DNA from: Dehalococcoidia bacterium
GTDB taxonomy: Bacteria; Chloroflexota; Dehalococcoidia; Plut-88900
Direction: 5' to 3'
DNA length: 64,000 bases
Assembly (NCBI GenBank): GCA_965207225.1
Contig: CBDBLV010000004.1
Span: 96,001 to 160,000, forward strand
The position numbers were made by a program, and so were the translations under genes. Under the pieces are notes generated by a model that saw nothing but the letters and a program-made list of their open reading frames with translations, made no database searches and was not told the DNA's origin. This document shows, in pieces, positions 48,998-58,871 of the stretch (position 1 is its first letter; each line of letters begins with the position of its first letter).

Positions 48998-50575
48998 TTA
49001 GCGAGACTTTTCCATGTCGGCGAGGACCCGGCGGAGGATTTTGCCGGATGGACTCTTGGGGATTTCGTCGGTGAATTCGACCTCACGGATCTTCTTGAAG
49101 CCGGCGACGCGTTCAGCGACGAAGGCCATCACATCGTCGGCAGTGAGGGAAGAGGACTTGGCAACGACGTAGGCCTTGGGGAGCTCGCCGGCTTCTTCGT
49201 CGGGCTTGCCTACCACTGCAGCGTCGGCGACGTTAGGGTGTTCGAGGAGGAGGGCCTCCACCTCGGCGGGGGCGACCTGGAACCCCTTGTACTTTATGAG
49301 CTCCTTCTTGCGGTCGACGATGTAGACGTAGCCGTCGGGGTCCATGCGGGCCATGTCGCCGGTGTAGAGCCAGCCGTCCTTCAGGGTCTCAGCGGTAGCC
49401 TCGGGGTTGCGCCAGTACCCCTTCATCACCTGGGGGCCGCGGATGAGCAGTTCGCCGACTTCTCCGGGAGAGAGTTCTTTGCCGGCGTCTTCGGGGTCGA
49501 CGATTTTCTCATCTGTGTCGGAAATGGCGGGGCCGATGGAGCCCGTGCGCCGGAGGTCGGGTTCGACGAAGTCCATGTTGGTTACGGGAGAGGTCTCGGT
49601 GAGGCCGTAGCCCTGGACGGTCGGGACTCCGGTGAGTCTTTCGAAGCGAGACTGGAGCTCCTCTGATAGGGGCGCTGCGCCGGAGAGGCAGAGGCGCAGG
49701 GAGGAGAGATCATGGGACTCGATGCCCGGGACCTGGGCCACGCCGAGAACGACGGGCGGAACGGTGTATAGCATGGAGATGCGGTGTCGGGGGACGAGGT
49801 CTAGAAAGAGGTCCATGTCGAACCGGCCCATGTGTACCTGGGTGGCCCCTGCGGCAATGGCGGCGTTCATCAGGACGGTCATGCCGTAGCTGTGGAACAG
49901 GGGTAAATGGACGAGGAGAACGTCCTCCTCGGTCATGGCAGAAACCTCACCGGGGCGGTTAATGGTCTGCTCCAGGTTGCTGGTGAGGTTGAAGTGGGTG
50001 AGCATGACGCCTTTGGGGAGTCCTGTCGTGCCGCTGGAGGAGGGCAGGGCGGCGAGGTCCTCTCGCGGGTTAATAGTGACGGAAGGTGGTCGCTGAGCAT
50101 TGTCGGCGAGGAGTTGGTCGAAGTTGGGGGAGTCGGGGGCAGGGGGGCCGATGTTGATCACGGTGTCGAGGGCAGGGAGGTCGGGGCGGGCGGCTTCGAC
50201 AACGGAGAGATTACTCTGGTGGCATACGAGAATTCGGACACCGGAGTTGTCCATCTGGTGGGTGAGTTCTCGGGCGCGGTAGGCCGAGTTGGCTGGGGCC
50301 ACGGCGGCGCCAGTCTTGAGAATTCCGAAGTAAGCAATGACGAACTCGGCGCAGTTGGGAGCGAAGAGCCCGACCCGGTCACCCTTCTCCACCCCCAGCC
50401 CCGCCAGGGCAGTCGCGAACCTGTCACTCAGTTCGTCAAGCTGGGCGAAGGTGAAAGAACGGTTGCCGTCGATGACGGCGGTCTTGTCAGGGATACGGGA
50501 GGCGGTGCGCCGGAGGACATCGAAGAGAGGGTATGCCTCGTAGGGTGCGAGGGAGGGGCGGAGGGGGGTGTGCAT
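48998..50575 (-). CDS. AMP-binding acyl-CoA ligase (4-coumarate-CoA ligase-like)
   Basis: SSGTTGLPKG, QGYGLTE, GPQVMKGY, TGD, DRKKELIKYKG and GKILRR. Confidence 0.92.
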   Translation of the reverse strand: MHTPLRPSLAPYEAYPLFDVLRRTASRIPDKTAVIDGNRSFTFAQLDELSDRFATALAGLGVEKGDRVGLFAPNCAEFVIAYFGILKTGAAVAPANSAYRARELTHQMDNSGVRILVCHQSNLSVVEAARPDLPALDTVINIGPPAPDSPNFDQLLADNAQRPPSVTINPREDLAALPSSSGTTGLPKGVMLTHFNLTSNLEQTINRPGEVSAMTEEDVLLVHLPLFHSYGMTVLMNAAIAAGATQVHMGRFDMDLFLDLVPRHRISMLYTVPPVVLGVAQVPGIESHDLSSLRLCLSGAAPLSEELQSRFERLTGVPTVQGYGLTETSPVTNMDFVEPDLRRTGSIGPAISDTDEKIVDPEDAGKELSPGEVGELLIRGPQVMKGYWRNPEATAETLKDGWLYTGDMARMDPDGYVYIVDRKKELIKYKGFQVAPAEVEALLLEHPNVADAAVVGKPDEEAGELPKAYVVAKSSSLTADDVMAFVAERVAGFKKIREVEFTDEIPKSPSGKILRRVLADMEKSR

Positions 50576-50621
50576 GGTTGTCTCCTGTAGTTCATTAGCA
50601 GGCGGCAGCCATGATACAGGA

Positions 50622-51701
50622 TCAGCCGGAGGCCTGGTCCTTCAGACCGGAACCCGTAATCGGCACAAGGACAGTCTCGTCGCTCTCGATGGCGCCAGCC
50701 TCGATCAGCTTCGAGAGCCCTGCGAGAGCTGCTGCGGAAGTGGGTTCGCAGAAGAGGCCCTCAGTGCGGGCGAGCCGAGACTGCCAGGACGTGATTTCGG
50801 AGTCGGGGACGGAGAGGGCTTGACCACCACATTCTCGGAGGACACTTAGCACGTGCAGGAGACGCGGAGGGTCAGCGACGGAGATACCGCCTGCGATTGT
50901 GCGTTTGGTCGGGTCAGGGGCCCAAGGTTCACCTTTGAAGGCAGCAACTATGGGCATTACGGCATCGGCTTGAATGGCGTGGAGTTTGGGGAGGGCGTCG
51001 ATGCCTCCTCGGCGTTTGAGTTCGTGGAGGCCGATCCACGTGCCCAGAAACAGGGAGCCGTTGCCTACGGGCATTACTAAGTGGTCGGGGAGAGAGTCGG
51101 GGAAGTCGGCGGGTAGCTCGTGGGCGAAGGTCTTTGTGCCTTCCAGGAAGTAGGGGCTGAGGTTGTGGGAAGCGTAGACGAGGTCGTTCTCCTTGCAGAA
51201 GGCGAGGGCAGCATCGGCAGCGGCTTCCCGGGGGCCGGGGATGAGGTGGGTCTCGGCCTCGTAGATCTTGATCTGGTTTAACTTGGCTCGGGGGGCGGAG
51301 TCGGGGGCGAATATGTGGGCCCTTATACCGCACCGGGCCGAATAGGCTGCGACGGAAGCCCCAGCGTTGCCGGAGGAGTCCTCGACCATCTCGTGGACGC
51401 CGAAGTGTCGGGCGGAGGCGATCATGGCGGCCGTGCCGCGATCCTTAAATGAGCCGGTCGGGGAGACGAACTCCAGCTTGGCGTAAAGGGATGTCAGGCC
51501 GAGGGATTCGGCGATGGAGGGCAAGGGTACGGCGGGTGTACGACCTTCCCCCAGGGAGATGAGAGGGATGCCGAGAATAGGGTTTGCGTGTTGTGGGTAG
51601 GTGACGACCAGGGGGGCGCTGCAGTGGCTGCAGGAGAGGGTACGGATGTTTGGAGAGTGGTCTCGGCAGCAGGAGGTGCATTGGAGAGTATGGGAGTTCA
51701 T
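50622..51701 (-). CDS. thrC: Threonine synthase (PLP, N-terminal CxxC..CxxC)
   Basis: SLGEGRTP, PTGSFKDRG, SSGNAG, EPTSA and TGSGLK. Confidence 0.8.
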   Translation of the reverse strand: MNSHTLQCTSCCRDHSPNIRTLSCSHCSAPLVVTYPQHANPILGIPLISLGEGRTPAVPLPSIAESLGLTSLYAKLEFVSPTGSFKDRGTAAMIASARHFGVHEMVEDSSGNAGASVAAYSARCGIRAHIFAPDSAPRAKLNQIKIYEAETHLIPGPREAAADAALAFCKENDLVYASHNLSPYFLEGTKTFAHELPADFPDSLPDHLVMPVGNGSLFLGTWIGLHELKRRGGIDALPKLHAIQADAVMPIVAAFKGEPWAPDPTKRTIAGGISVADPPRLLHVLSVLRECGGQALSVPDSEITSWQSRLARTEGLFCEPTSAAALAGLSKLIEAGAIESDETVLVPITGSGLKDQASG

Positions 51702-51816
51702 GGTGGATGAATAGACCTGGGTGTCGGGTTTCGTATAGTATCCCATCCTGTCGGGGCGGAGGTGTAGGGCCCTCGCCCCGATTAAACTCACAGCATTCCA
51801 TCAGGGAGGACTCAAG

Positions 51817-52200
51817 ATGCCGAAGAAAGAGATCATCAACGTAGACATGAAAGGCGGCAATCCGAACCTTTCGCCGGGGGCGAGGTTTGGAGACCTGGTT
51901 TTCGTGGCGGGTCAGACGGGGACGCATCCCGACACCGGGAAGCTGGGGGAGGGTGTCGCGGAGCAGACCCGGTTCACCATCGAGCGGATCAAGCGGGTGC
52001 TGGAGGCTGCGGGTACAAACCTAGACAACGTGTTGTCGGTGAACTGCTGGCTTACGAAGCGGGAGGACCTGGCGGAGTTCAACGAGGAGTACGGCAAGCA
52101 ATTCGTGGAGAACAAGCCGCCTCGGGCGACGGTGGAGGTGATGTTGAACAGGCCCGACTTGCTGGTGGAGATCATGGTTACGGCCTGTATTCCCAGCTAG
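51817..52200 (+). CDS. RidA family protein
   Basis: VFVAGQ, EQTR, FNEEY, PPRATV and LVEI. Confidence 0.9.
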   Translation: MPKKEIINVDMKGGNPNLSPGARFGDLVFVAGQTGTHPDTGKLGEGVAEQTRFTIERIKRVLEAAGTNLDNVLSVNCWLTKREDLAEFNEEYGKQFVENKPPRATVEVMLNRPDLLVEIMVTACIPS

Positions 52201-52226
52201 GTCGGGGTACAGGACTGTCTCCCCCA

Positions 52227-52303
52227 GTTCGCCCTTCGACTTCGCTCAGGGTGAGCGGCCCCATCCCACGGGATGGATTCCGGCTCGGAGGTCGGAGTGA
52301 TGG
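52227..52303 (+). repeat. Composite REP-like element
   Basis: CCCTTCGACTTCGCTCAGGGTGAGCGG plus GGATGGATTCCGGCTCGGAGGTCGGAGTGA, the same layout as 6461-6538. Confidence 0.8.
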
Positions 52304-52305
52304 TG

Positions 52306-53649
52306 TTAGTTGGTTTCGGGGAAGAGGGGACCGCGGCCCAGTTCGGTGAGGACGCGCGACGCGGAATGGACGGCGGCATCCATTCCGGAACCTGCAGTGT
52401 AGTCACCGGCGAAGTGGATGTTGGCGGTCGGGGCCTGGATGTTGGGAACGTTAGGCAGGCGACCGACCAGCCACGGGCTGCCACCGTGCTCCCAGTGCTT
52501 CAGTGCACCGGTTATGACGCGGCCCCGGGTGTCGGGGAGGACTTCGTACATGGACTCCATCAGGGATTCCAGGGCCTCGCCGTCTGAAAGCTTCTGGAGG
52601 CGCTTGGACTCGACGTCGCCGGTGTAGACCCGCAGGAGCCCTTGCCCTGTGCGCTCCTTGACCTCCCTGGGGAAGGTGATGGTGGGGTTGGTGACGGAGA
52701 CCAGGGGACTTCTAACCGTGGGCACCCGCCATACGCCCTCGCCGAGGAAGTCCTCGGAGGGGCGGTCCAGGAGGAAACCGGCGCTGGTTATGGAGCCGTA
52801 GGTGGCGGCGGCGAGTGCTGTTCGCTTCCAGTCGGGAAGAGGGTCAACGATGTTGAGAGCCAGGGGCGCGGGGACGGCCATGACGCACTTCCCGGCCCGG
52901 ACCGTGTGGGTCTGGCCGCCCTGATTATAAGTGACGGTGACGCCATCTGCGGACTCTTCGACCCTCGACACCTCTGCCGAAGTCTTAATCCTATCGGAGA
53001 GGCGGTCCCAGAGGGCTCGGGCGATCTGCCAGGTGCCGCCATTGACGAAGTATTCCTTGGCTACGAAGTGTAGGAATGTGTTGATAGGGTGGTAGGCCGA
53101 TGACTCTCCGGCGTCGGTGGTGGTCGTGGCGAGGGCGACGGTGTCCCAGAGATCCCGGAGGTCACCGGGCTTGAGATTCAGGTATTGGGCGAGGGTCATG
53201 GAGTTAAGGTGGATGATCTTGGGGTCATTGATGTCGGGGAAGTCCTTGCGGAAGCCGCCGTACTTGCGCCTGAGGTTGAAGACGTCCCATCCGAGCTTGA
53301 TCTTGTCGGTGATAGAGATGGGAAGCTGCCACAAGAAGGACGGCTCGTTGGAAGCGGCGACAAGTTTTCCCTTCATGATTACGGGGAGTTTGGTCTTGCC
53401 GATGAGGCTGCGGTTAACGCCCAATTCGTTAGTGAGTGGAGCCACGAGGCTGTCATCCCCGTTCACGACCTGGGCGCCCATATTGTAGATGTACTCGCCC
53501 ATCTGCTTCGAAAGGGTGCGCCCGCCGCAGTAGTCCTCCCTTTCGAGGAGCAGGGTTTCTTGGTCCTGGAGTCGGTAGGCTACGGTGAGGCCGGCGAGGC
53601 CCCCGCCTACGATAACGGTGTCGAAGGTCTTGGGGGTGGTTGCGGGCAT
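52306..53649 (-). CDS. FAD-dependent amine oxidase/protoporphyrinogen oxidase-like oxidoreductase
   Basis: VGGGLAGL, E..CGGRT, GGTWQI, FAGDY and GMDAAVHSA. Confidence 0.85.
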   Translation of the reverse strand: MPATTPKTFDTVIVGGGLAGLTVAYRLQDQETLLLEREDYCGGRTLSKQMGEYIYNMGAQVVNGDDSLVAPLTNELGVNRSLIGKTKLPVIMKGKLVAASNEPSFLWQLPISITDKIKLGWDVFNLRRKYGGFRKDFPDINDPKIIHLNSMTLAQYLNLKPGDLRDLWDTVALATTTTDAGESSAYHPINTFLHFVAKEYFVNGGTWQIARALWDRLSDRIKTSAEVSRVEESADGVTVTYNQGGQTHTVRAGKCVMAVPAPLALNIVDPLPDWKRTALAAATYGSITSAGFLLDRPSEDFLGEGVWRVPTVRSPLVSVTNPTITFPREVKERTGQGLLRVYTGDVESKRLQKLSDGEALESLMESMYEVLPDTRGRVITGALKHWEHGGSPWLVGRLPNVPNIQAPTANIHFAGDYTAGSGMDAAVHSASRVLTELGRGPLFPETN

Positions 53650-53757
53650 GGCGAGCTCCAATGATGGATGTGGGAAGTCGGGGGTGGGGTCGGGTATATA
53701 ATAGCACCCCGCCTATCTAACCTTCGACCAAAGGAACACCGGAAGGATACCCGCAGT

Positions 53758-54750
53758 ATGCCCAGAACAAATTACGGGATAAGCCTGTCCAACCGCTCGG
53801 TGGTGACGGGGGACAAGACGGTGGAGGAGCTGGTGGGCATGGCGGAAGTGGCAGAGGAGTCGGGGTGTTTTGATGGGGTGTGGGTAGGAGACAATCTGCT
53901 GTCCAAGCCGAGGTTCGATTACCTCGTGCTCCTCTCAGCTATCGCCGCCCGAACGAACAGGGTGAAACTGGGCACCATTTGCATGGCGACTTTCCCGCTA
54001 CGCAACCCGGTCCAGCTAGCCATTCAGTGGGCCAGCCTGGACGTGCTGTCGAATGGTCGGACGGTCCTAGCTGTCTGAACTGGAGGTCCGGCCCGGTACG
54101 GGCCGCTGTTCGCCAAGGAGCTGGAAGTGATGGGAGTGGAGTCGAACGAGAGGGTCGGGAGGATGCTCGAGGGGATGCGGATACTCAGGCGGCTGTGGTC
54201 GGAAGAGAAGGTCACTCATGAAGGGCGGTTTTATAAATTCCAGGACCTCGACGCCCTGCCGAAGCCCGCCCAGGCCCGGATCCCGATCTGGCTGGCGGTT
54301 AACCCCAAGGGTGATGTAAAGCCGGAGTTGCTTGATCGGGTCCTGAAGCGGGTGGCGAAATACTCGGATGGGTGGCAGACGGATGCGATTACAGCGGAGG
54401 ACTTCCGGGAGAGGTTCGACCGCATCAAAGCGTATGCGGCGGAGATGGGTCGGGATGCGGACGCACTGGACTCGAGCCTGCACCTGATGGTCAACATCCA
54501 CGATGACCGGGACACGGCATATCGGCAGGCCCACGACTTCCTGGTCGGGTACTACGGTTCGGCGTTCATGAGGCCGGGCCTAATCGACCTCTGGGTTGCC
54601 TACGGCCGCCCCGAGAACGTGGCGGAGAAGATCCAGTCCTACGTGGACGCTGGGTGCACGACTCCCGTACTGAGGTTTGTCGGACCGGATATGACGGAGC
54701 AGGTGGGCCGGTACGTCGAAGAGGTGGCGCCGCTGTTGGATAAGAGATGA
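53758..54750 (+). CDS. LLM-class oxidoreductase with an in-frame TGA, probably selenocysteine U107
   Basis: The two ORF-track pieces (to 54078 and from 54127) share one frame. Read-through gives a 330-aa LLM barrel (VWVGDN, RVKLGT, LDVLSNGRTVLAV-U-TG, PKPAQ..PIW, DGW). A SECIS-like hairpin follows the TGA. Confidence 0.8.
54089..54105 (+). promoter_or_regulatory. Putative bacterial SECIS hairpin
   Basis: CGGCCCG-GTA-CGGGCCG, a perfect stem starting 10 nt after the TGA, with a G/GU-initiated loop 16-17 nt from the TGA. Confidence 0.7.
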
Positions 54751-55898
54751 GGATCTTGGTCCTCGGGTGCGGGTTCCACGGACGGGGGATCGCCTACCAG
54801 ATAGCAGCAGAAGGCGAGGATGTGGAGCTGGTGGCGGCGGACAAGGATGGGGAACGGGCGCGTCGGGTGGCGGAGAGGACGGGCGGGGAGTGGATGGAAT
54901 TGGATGTTAAGGATGAGTCGGGGCTGAGGGAGGCTTTGAACGGGGTAGATACGGTATTCAACGCCACGGGGCCCTACCATCTGCTGGGTTTGAAGGTGGT
55001 TGATGCGGCAATTGTAACTAACACTCATTATGTAGACATGGCCGATGACCATGAAATGACCGAGGAGCTGTTTTTCAACCCGGCGTGGGACCGGCGAGCG
55101 CGGGAGGCGGATGTCGCGGTGCTGTCGGGGTGCGGGATTATGCCGGGGCTCAGCGGGGTGCTAGCCAGGCACGGATACGACGAAATGGACGAGCCACGAA
55201 AGATAAACATCTGGTTTACGTGGAATTATTCGCTGAATTATCCTTCCGCTATACATCACTTCCTGAGGATCAACAACGGGTTGGCACCGCAGTTTATGAA
55301 TAGTGGTTATGTTAAGCCTGGGGCTTTCGCAAACAGAGAAACTATAGACTTTTTGCTGCCGGTCGGGGGTAAGGAGGTGTACTATACGGGCGTGCCGGAC
55401 CCGGTGAGTATTTCGCAGTCGCTGCCGGGGCTAAAAGAGGTCACGGCAAGTGGGGGACTGCACCAGCCCGAGGGCAACGACTTCATGGAGTCGATGGTCA
55501 GGTGGGGGTTCACCTCGTATGAGAAGGTCCCGGGTTTTGACCGGAGTCCGATGGAATACCTGATGGCCTATCTAAAGTCTGGCGAGGGAAAGCAATACTT
55601 CGACATCGAGCCTCTGGGCCAGCCTATGGCGGTGCGGGTTAGAGTAGATGGGATGAATGAAGGAGAGCCATGTCGTCGGGTGTTCGAGGTGCAGGACTAT
55701 TCGAGGAGGGGCACCACTTCGGTGGCGGCGCTGGCGACCTTGATGGTGGCGTCGGAAGAGATTCAGAGGAGAGGGGTGGGGAGTCCGGAGGGGTGGCTGG
55801 ATGCGGAGTCGTTCCTAAGGCGGATGGACCGGGAGCCGGGAGTGGATCTGTTTGAGCTGGTGGGGGGTGGGGAGGCTAAGGCCTTGTTTGAAAGGTAA
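54747..55898 (+). CDS. Saccharopine dehydrogenase-family NAD(P)-binding oxidoreductase
   Basis: LGCGFHG, NATGPY, HYVD and GCGIMPGLS. ATGA overlap with the LLM gene. Confidence 0.85.
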   Translation: MRILVLGCGFHGRGIAYQIAAEGEDVELVAADKDGERARRVAERTGGEWMELDVKDESGLREALNGVDTVFNATGPYHLLGLKVVDAAIVTNTHYVDMADDHEMTEELFFNPAWDRRAREADVAVLSGCGIMPGLSGVLARHGYDEMDEPRKINIWFTWNYSLNYPSAIHHFLRINNGLAPQFMNSGYVKPGAFANRETIDFLLPVGGKEVYYTGVPDPVSISQSLPGLKEVTASGGLHQPEGNDFMESMVRWGFTSYEKVPGFDRSPMEYLMAYLKSGEGKQYFDIEPLGQPMAVRVRVDGMNEGEPCRRVFEVQDYSRRGTTSVAALATLMVASEEIQRRGVGSPEGWLDAESFLRRMDREPGVDLFELVGGGEAKALFER

Positions 55899-55960
55899 GG
55901 GTGAAATTCCCCCTCATCCCAACCCTTTCTCATCGAAGGAAAGGGAATTAAGCGGAGGCA

Positions 55961-56872
55961 ATGATGGGCAATTACGATGACTTTACGGCGTATTTTAACG
56001 GGGAGTGGGTCCCGTATAGCGAGGTTAGGTTCCCGCCCCACGATCGGGGTTTTGCGGTTGCGGACGTTGTCTTCGACCAAGGGCGCACTTTCGGAGGGGT
56101 TCCGTTCCGGTTGGAAGACCATATCAATCGGCTATACAGGTCGCTGAAGTATGTGCGGGTAGATCCCGGGCTCACTGAGGACGAGATGGTGGAGGTGTGT
56201 CGGGAGGGGGTAGCGAGAAACGACCACCGCCGGGACTCTGTCGGAGACTTTGCCATCAATCCGATCATCACCAGGGGAACATCGGTGAGTGGGCCACCTA
56301 GTGTTGCGGTGATAATCAAGCCTATAGATTTCAAGGATTTTGCGAGGTTCTACGTGGACGGCGCCCACGCCATTGTTACCAAGGTGCGCAGCTACTCCAG
56401 CGCCATGCTGGATGCAAAGGTAAAGCACCACAGCCGGATGAACTTCGTACTGGCGGAGCTCGAGGCCCGGGACGTAGACCCCGAGGGCTTGCCCCTTCTC
56501 ATGGACATGGAAGGGAACGTCACCGAGGGGCTCGGATACAACGTTTTTATCGTTACGGACGGAGTGCTTAGGACGCCCAAGGACGACAACATCCTGCAGG
56601 GCGTATCCCGACAGACCGTGTTCGATCTGGCCGAGGGTCTCGGGATTCCGGCCTCGGAGGAGGACCTGCAGCCATACGACCTTTACACGGCGGACGAGGT
56701 GTTTTTCAGCAGGACGAGTCCACGAATCGTGCCAGTGGCAAAGGTAGACACCCGGCCGATCGGGAGCGAGATACCGGGTCCAATCACGCAACAGTTGCTG
56801 GCGGCGCACAGCGAGCTTGTAGGTGTGGATATTGTCGGGCAGAGTCTGCATTATGCGGGGGTCGAGGGGTGA
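55961..56872 (+). CDS. Aminotransferase class IV
   Basis: HDRGF..D.VFD, DHINRL, KHHSR, EGLGYN, LQGVSR and ADEVF. Confidence 0.9.
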   Translation: MMGNYDDFTAYFNGEWVPYSEVRFPPHDRGFAVADVVFDQGRTFGGVPFRLEDHINRLYRSLKYVRVDPGLTEDEMVEVCREGVARNDHRRDSVGDFAINPIITRGTSVSGPPSVAVIIKPIDFKDFARFYVDGAHAIVTKVRSYSSAMLDAKVKHHSRMNFVLAELEARDVDPEGLPLLMDMEGNVTEGLGYNVFIVTDGVLRTPKDDNILQGVSRQTVFDLAEGLGIPASEEDLQPYDLYTADEVFFSRTSPRIVPVAKVDTRPIGSEIPGPITQQLLAAHSELVGVDIVGQSLHYAGVEG

Positions 56873-56914
56873 GCGGGTTGATTTGCTAAGGGACCTGCCA
56901 TCAGGAGGAAAACG

Positions 56915-57679
56915 ATGGCTGACAGCATGAATGGTAGGGTTGCGCTGGTCACGGGCGGGGGATCCGGGATTGGGAGGGCGACATCGCTAGTGTTTGCAAG
57001 GGAAGGGGCGAAGGTCGTGGTGGTAGACCTTGCGGAAGGGCCCGTGCAGGCAACTGTAGACCTAATCGCGGCTGGGGGTGGGGAGGCGTCGGGGGTGACG
57101 GCGGACGTGTCGAATACTGAAGACGTGAAGCGTATGGTTGCGGAAACGGTGTCGAGGTTCGGGCGGTTGGATGCTGCGTTTAACAATGCAGGCATCCATA
57201 CCGGCGTCCGAATCCCGTTCCACGACTATCCGGAAGACGAGTGGGACAGAGTAATCGACGTGAACCTAAAGGGCGTGTGGCTGTGCATCAAGTATGAGGC
57301 GCCGGTGATGTTAGAGCAGGGTGGCGGGACAATTGTTAACACAGCCTCGGTGGCGGGGCTGGTAGCGGGGCAGGGGACTTCGGCATACACGGCGAGCAAG
57401 CATGGGGTTGCGGGGCTGACCAAGAGTGCAGCCATGGACTACGCCAGACAAGGTATCCGGGTGAACGCGGTGGCCCCAGGGGAGATAACCACCCCAATGA
57501 TGGACCTGATAATCAGGTCTAACAACTTCTCGAAGGCCCAGAAGGACGAGGAGCAGCCCATCGGCAGGATGGGCAAACCCGAAGAAATCGCGGAGGTGGT
57601 GGTCTGGCTGTGCACCGACGCTGCGTCCTACGTCACGGGCCACGTGTTCCCGGTGGACGGCGGATACATGGCAACCTAG
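56915..57679 (+). CDS. SDR family oxidoreductase
   Basis: TGGGSGIG, NNAG, YTASKHG and VDGG. Confidence 0.93.
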   Translation: MADSMNGRVALVTGGGSGIGRATSLVFAREGAKVVVVDLAEGPVQATVDLIAAGGGEASGVTADVSNTEDVKRMVAETVSRFGRLDAAFNNAGIHTGVRIPFHDYPEDEWDRVIDVNLKGVWLCIKYEAPVMLEQGGGTIVNTASVAGLVAGQGTSAYTASKHGVAGLTKSAAMDYARQGIRVNAVAPGEITTPMMDLIIRSNNFSKAQKDEEQPIGRMGKPEEIAEVVVWLCTDAASYVTGHVFPVDGGYMAT

Positions 57680-57714
57680 AGAAGACTAATTGTAGGAAAA
57701 CAGAGGCCCGATAG

Positions 57715-58857
57715 ATGATCAAGCATTTCTCTTCGCTGTACGTGGGCCATATCGAACTGGAGAACGTCGGCGCGAATGGCACATCGCCCGAGGACCGGCT
57801 GTACCCCAACGAGCGGCTCACGGAGTGTTTCGGGATGGCCGAGGCTATAGCCAAGCAGATGGACTCCCAGGGCTACTACGCGCTGTGGATGGCCGAACAC
57901 CATTTCCAGAGGGAGGGATACGAGTGCATACCCAACCTCCTGATGCTCAGCACGTACCTTTCAACGCAAACGAAACGGCTAAAGTTTGGGTGTGCATTCA
58001 ACATCGTGCCGATGTGGCATCCGTTGCGGCTGGCCGAAGACTTCGCGATGGCGGATATTTTGTCGGGGGGTAGGGTGATATTCGGGGTTGGTCGGGGCTA
58101 CCACACCCGAGAGGTCGAGACTTTCGGGTCGCCAATGCAGGACAATGACGCCAACAAAGAGCTGTTCATGGAGCAAATGGAGATAATCTTCAAGGCGTTC
58201 AACGAGGACTCATTCACCTACAGGGGCAAACACTACAACCTCCCGGCCCAGGTGCCTTACAGGGGCTACGATTTGAAGGACATTACACTGGTCCCGAGGC
58301 CCCTCCACAGACCCGTTGATGTTTGGCAGCCAATAGCAAGCCGACGCACGCTCAGATACATAGCCCAGACGGGAATAAAGGGTGTGGTACATGGGACGGG
58401 AGAGAGGCTGGTAGACGATGTGTTTCGCGAATACCAGGAGGCGGCGGGCGAGGCGGGTCGGGAGCTGGGGTTGGGCGAGGACCTGGCCCTAGGGTTGTTT
58501 TTCTACATAGATGAAAACCAGCCAAAGGCAATGGAGCGGGCCAGGCTATTTCACGACGAGCGGTACAAGTGGTTCGCTCCCTTCGGGCTGGTGCGGTATA
58601 CGGATGCCGAGGGTCGGCCGTGGGGTACGCCGGGCGCACCCAGCCGGGCCCCGACGCTGGAGGATGGCGTAGACCAAAAAGTCTGGCTTTGCGGGGACTC
58701 GAAATACGTTACTGAGGTGCTGAAAGAGTTCGAGGCCAAGTATCCGGGGCTGGAACATGTGATACTGCACTGGCCCGAGGGAATGTCGCTGGCGGAATAC
58801 TCGGAGCAGCTGACACGGTTCCATGAAGAAGTCATGCCGGTTTTCGGGGCAGGGTGA
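57715..58857 (+). CDS. LLM-class flavin-dependent oxidoreductase
   Basis: WMAEHHFQREG, HPLRLAED, GRVIFGVGRG and EEVMP. Confidence 0.93.
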   Translation: MIKHFSSLYVGHIELENVGANGTSPEDRLYPNERLTECFGMAEAIAKQMDSQGYYALWMAEHHFQREGYECIPNLLMLSTYLSTQTKRLKFGCAFNIVPMWHPLRLAEDFAMADILSGGRVIFGVGRGYHTREVETFGSPMQDNDANKELFMEQMEIIFKAFNEDSFTYRGKHYNLPAQVPYRGYDLKDITLVPRPLHRPVDVWQPIASRRTLRYIAQTGIKGVVHGTGERLVDDVFREYQEAAGEAGRELGLGEDLALGLFFYIDENQPKAMERARLFHDERYKWFAPFGLVRYTDAEGRPWGTPGAPSRAPTLEDGVDQKVWLCGDSKYVTEVLKEFEAKYPGLEHVILHWPEGMSLAEYSEQLTRFHEEVMPVFGAG

Positions 58858-58871
58858 GATACAGACAAGCC

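Noticed and set aside
48998-50575. Firefly-type luciferase or a bioluminescence system together with the LLM genes
   Set aside because: It is a generic 4CL-like ligase, there is no luxCDE, and the LLMs are dispersed catabolic-type paralogs.
53668-54750. Two separate short genes or a pseudogene, as the ORF track implies
   Set aside because: Both parts share one frame with a single TGA at a Cys-type position, a SECIS-like hairpin follows, and there is no other decay. A nonsense mutation is less likely but not excluded.
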